Assembly: GCA_047495785.1 (NCBI GenBank)
Contig: JBLDXI010000007.1
Coordinates: 2,728,001-2,792,000, forward strand
DNA: 64,000 nucleotides
Reading direction: 5' to 3'
DNA from: Lepidodermella squamata
Lineage: Eukaryota; Animalia; Gastrotricha
This document shows positions 61,540 through 64,000 of the stretch, in pieces. The notes under the pieces were generated by a model. The model was not told the DNA's origin, made no database searches, and was given only the letters and a program-made list of their open reading frames with translations. Position numbers and translations under genes: made by a program. Within the stretch, counting starts at the first letter, position 1. Every line of letters begins with the position of its first letter.

Positions 61540-63090
61540 TCACTGGCAAAGCAGCGAATCAACTTCGACCATGGTTTTACCATTTTTCGAGCTGTTTTGA
61601 GGCGACGACCAGCCGACTTTCTGGGCAAAATTAGTGAGCGCAGTCGGAAGTACAATATTTGGGAGACGGGTATTCGTTACACGATTTTTAGTGACAGACG
61701 ATTGTTCCTTCTGGCCAGTGGCTGCGTTATTTTGTTGTTTCGAAAATCCGAGATTAAATCCGGCGAAACGCTTCGCGACTGAACTAGCAAAATTAGACAT
61801 TTTCGACGAATAAGATGACAACATTGACTCTGACATAGAATTCGGGACTGAATTAGCTGGTCTTGGACCGGCTTGACGGGAGTCGAGGCATTTTTGAAAA
61901 CGCAACTCGCAGGCGGCTTCTATTGCCTTGGACAACGCCCCGGCTGATGGTTCGCAGTGGAAAACGTGAGCAAAAAATGTGTCATCCGCCGCGTGTGTAA
62001 TGAAAGCACAAACACGAACATCATCAGAGGCGATTCCAACGAAAGAGAGGTAACGAACTCGGCAGTCGAGCAAAGGCCTGTCTCTGTTATCAACCGAGTG
62101 GTGAGCTTCAGAAGCGTCGCGGACAACTACAGCTGATGGAGAGATCATAACAGCGGCGAAATGCCAGCGCTCAACAGGGTGGCGGGTTAAAGCCCTCGCA
62201 ACAGCGTCATTCATAACTTTCATTCCAACAGGACCATCGGCCTCTGCAGAACCAACAAAATGACATAAGATGATCTTTCGAGGCTCATCGGCTGGTTGAG
62301 GTAACGCAAAAGATAACGCGGAGACGTCAAAACGAGGAGGGACACTACCATCCTCTTCGAGATTTCCGTTATTCTCATCACTATTTTCGGCAATCGATTC
62401 GATTTTACCGCCGTTGTTGCTGTTGTTATTCGCGGCATTACAACCCTCGTAGATTGCGGATGCGATTCTACTGGCATCGCCATCTTCGCAGCGCAAGACA
62501 TGACACTGAAAAACAGGAGGGCCTGTAGTCACCATCGGATCGCGGACAACATAGGCAAAGTCTCGGTTTCCGTCTGTACCGATTCCCCATGCTCGAATCG
62601 ACAGAAGATTATGTGTGATAAGCGCCTTGCCCATTGCGCCGTCGTCGAAGATAAGCGATTCCACACTCATAGCGTCTCTGATTAATAATTCACCGCGTTG
62701 GCAGTCTATTTCAATACAAATCTTCTTGCCATCGCCGCCCCAAGATCCGACACTATCAACAATATTGACAGCCGATTTGTCGCACGATAGGTTCTCGATG
62801 CATCGCTGAATAGATCGCGACACTTGGTCGGCGGCCAAGTCGGCAAGCGTTAAAGGGCGCCATCCCAATGAGGTAACCAGAAACCGTTGGACGTAATTTT
62901 GCTGGATTATTTCTTCACTAATTTCATCGTCATTTCCGTTGAGCGCTGTCGCAAAATCTTCATCACCCTGAAGACTGGTCGAAAGTGGATGCTCACGCTG
63001 CGTTATGCCACTGGCAACATGCCAATAATACGGCTTTCCATAACCATCTACATCTCGAACCCAGCCGTCGGGCAAAGTGCCTGTCTGCAT
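61540..63090 (-). CDS. APBB: Fe65/APBB adaptor (WW + PTB1 + PTB2); an upstream exon is possible
   Basis: WW domain LPDGW...PYYWHVASGITQREHP. PTB1 has SLGW...IRAWGIGTDGNRDFAYVVRD...CHVLRC. PTB2 has CRVRYLSFVGI...AHVFHCEPSAGALSKAIEAACELRFQKCLD. Confidence 0.92.
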   Translation of the reverse strand: MQTGTLPDGWVRDVDGYGKPYYWHVASGITQREHPLSTSLQGDEDFATALNGNDDEISEEIIQQNYVQRFLVTSLGWRPLTLADLAADQVSRSIQRCIENLSCDKSAVNIVDSVGSWGGDGKKICIEIDCQRGELLIRDAMSVESLIFDDGAMGKALITHNLLSIRAWGIGTDGNRDFAYVVRDPMVTTGPPVFQCHVLRCEDGDASRIASAIYEGCNAANNNSNNGGKIESIAENSDENNGNLEEDGSVPPRFDVSALSFALPQPADEPRKIILCHFVGSAEADGPVGMKVMNDAVARALTRHPVERWHFAAVMISPSAVVVRDASEAHHSVDNRDRPLLDCRVRYLSFVGIASDDVRVCAFITHAADDTFFAHVFHCEPSAGALSKAIEAACELRFQKCLDSRQAGPRPANSVPNSMSESMLSSYSSKMSNFASSVAKRFAGFNLGFSKQQNNAATGQKEQSSVTKNRVTNTRLPNIVLPTALTNFAQKVGWSSPQNSSKNGKTMVEVDSLLCQ

Positions 63091-64000
63091 CTTAAGAGTA
63101 ATATCGATGCTAAATTAATGTCTATTCTGAATTATCTAAAAACTGTAGGAAATAGGACAATGAAAATCATTTGATAGCACAATCACAGCACATCATCTAG
63201 AATAAACGCTGATAAAACGGATGTTAATAGCTGGTCAGGAGAGATTTCAAGTTTAGTGATTAAAATGATTAAAGTGATTAAAAACTCAGAAAGAAACTGA
63301 AATAATCGAGAATCTACCCTGCCATACCTAAAATCTGCGAAAAATCTAGGTAAAAGCTATGGACGCTCCTCAATCTCAAATTGGTAACTAACGAATATTT
63401 TTGTAAAATCATAAATCAGTGAAGGTGAAACCTAGTTAAAACGGTAAGAAAAAAGTCGAGAATTCGAATTTTGCAGGGGAAAGATGGTAGGCGACGATAG
63501 GACGATAGTAACATACTCGTACTTAAATGAAACGTCCGACAACAAGAGTTCCGTTCGTTCCTCCAACTTGAATGCGGCGGGAAGGCAATAAACGACCTCT
63601 CGAGTCGACGCTTTTCGCACGAGACGAAATTTCAATTTTTCTCGACTTATATTAATTTTAAGGTCTATTTTTCGTCCGAGCACTTAAAATTGAACCAAAT
63701 TTCGCGAGCATAACATTGTTTTGATATAAAAAGAAAAATCGAAAACTCAAAGGTCGAACTCAGTATGAGCCAAAAAACGAAAAACGGGATCTCTCCTGAC
63801 TCTCCTGCGGTTGGATTCTCTGTCGTCTGATATCCGTCTTATCCGCTCAGTTGCTGGAACAAGATAAAAAAGACACCTGATATTACTAGTCCAAATTAAA
63901 GTAGGTATCTGGTATACGCCAAATATGTTTACGTGGACTTTCTCTACCTTTAGCCTTTAGCAACGCTTTAGAGTACGCCATTCGTCCAATGCTTGCCCAA

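Noticed and set aside
63432-63683. 83-aa ORF upstream of APBB
   Set aside because: Non-ATG start, no recognisable motif and no supported splice link.

Overview
Compact, AT-rich eukaryotic (invertebrate metazoan-type) genomic DNA with short, ~40-80 nt GT-AG introns. No prokaryotic features, rRNA, tRNA or CRISPR array were seen. In order: an ankyrin-repeat gene (5'-truncated), a GT6/ABO-type glycosyltransferase, and a complete 6-exon Dicer (~1770 aa). The three large Dicer introns hold a TA-flanked TIR element and a patchwork of antisense fragments from several transposon superfamilies. Next are three tandem paralogues of an unusual secreted protein: signal peptide, 3 Cys-containing ankyrin modules, a CBM39/GNBP-like putative beta-glucan-binding domain and a catalytically dead trypsin-like domain. 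Then come nested MITEs, three FAM20C-like secretory kinases, a CD39/NTPDase-like pseudo-enzyme, a Cys-loop ion channel with two N-terminal lectin/LamG-like domains, an ankyrin-SOCS-box gene, USP36 and an Fe65/APBB adaptor. The best candidate for an undescribed system is the secreted ANK-CBM39-protease-homologue family (putative pattern-recognition receptors). Runners-up are the lectin-domain-fused pentameric channel, the zinc-finger-like insert in Dicer and the antisense transposon mosaic inside Dicer. All domain calls are by-eye motif recognition, and exon boundaries were read manually.
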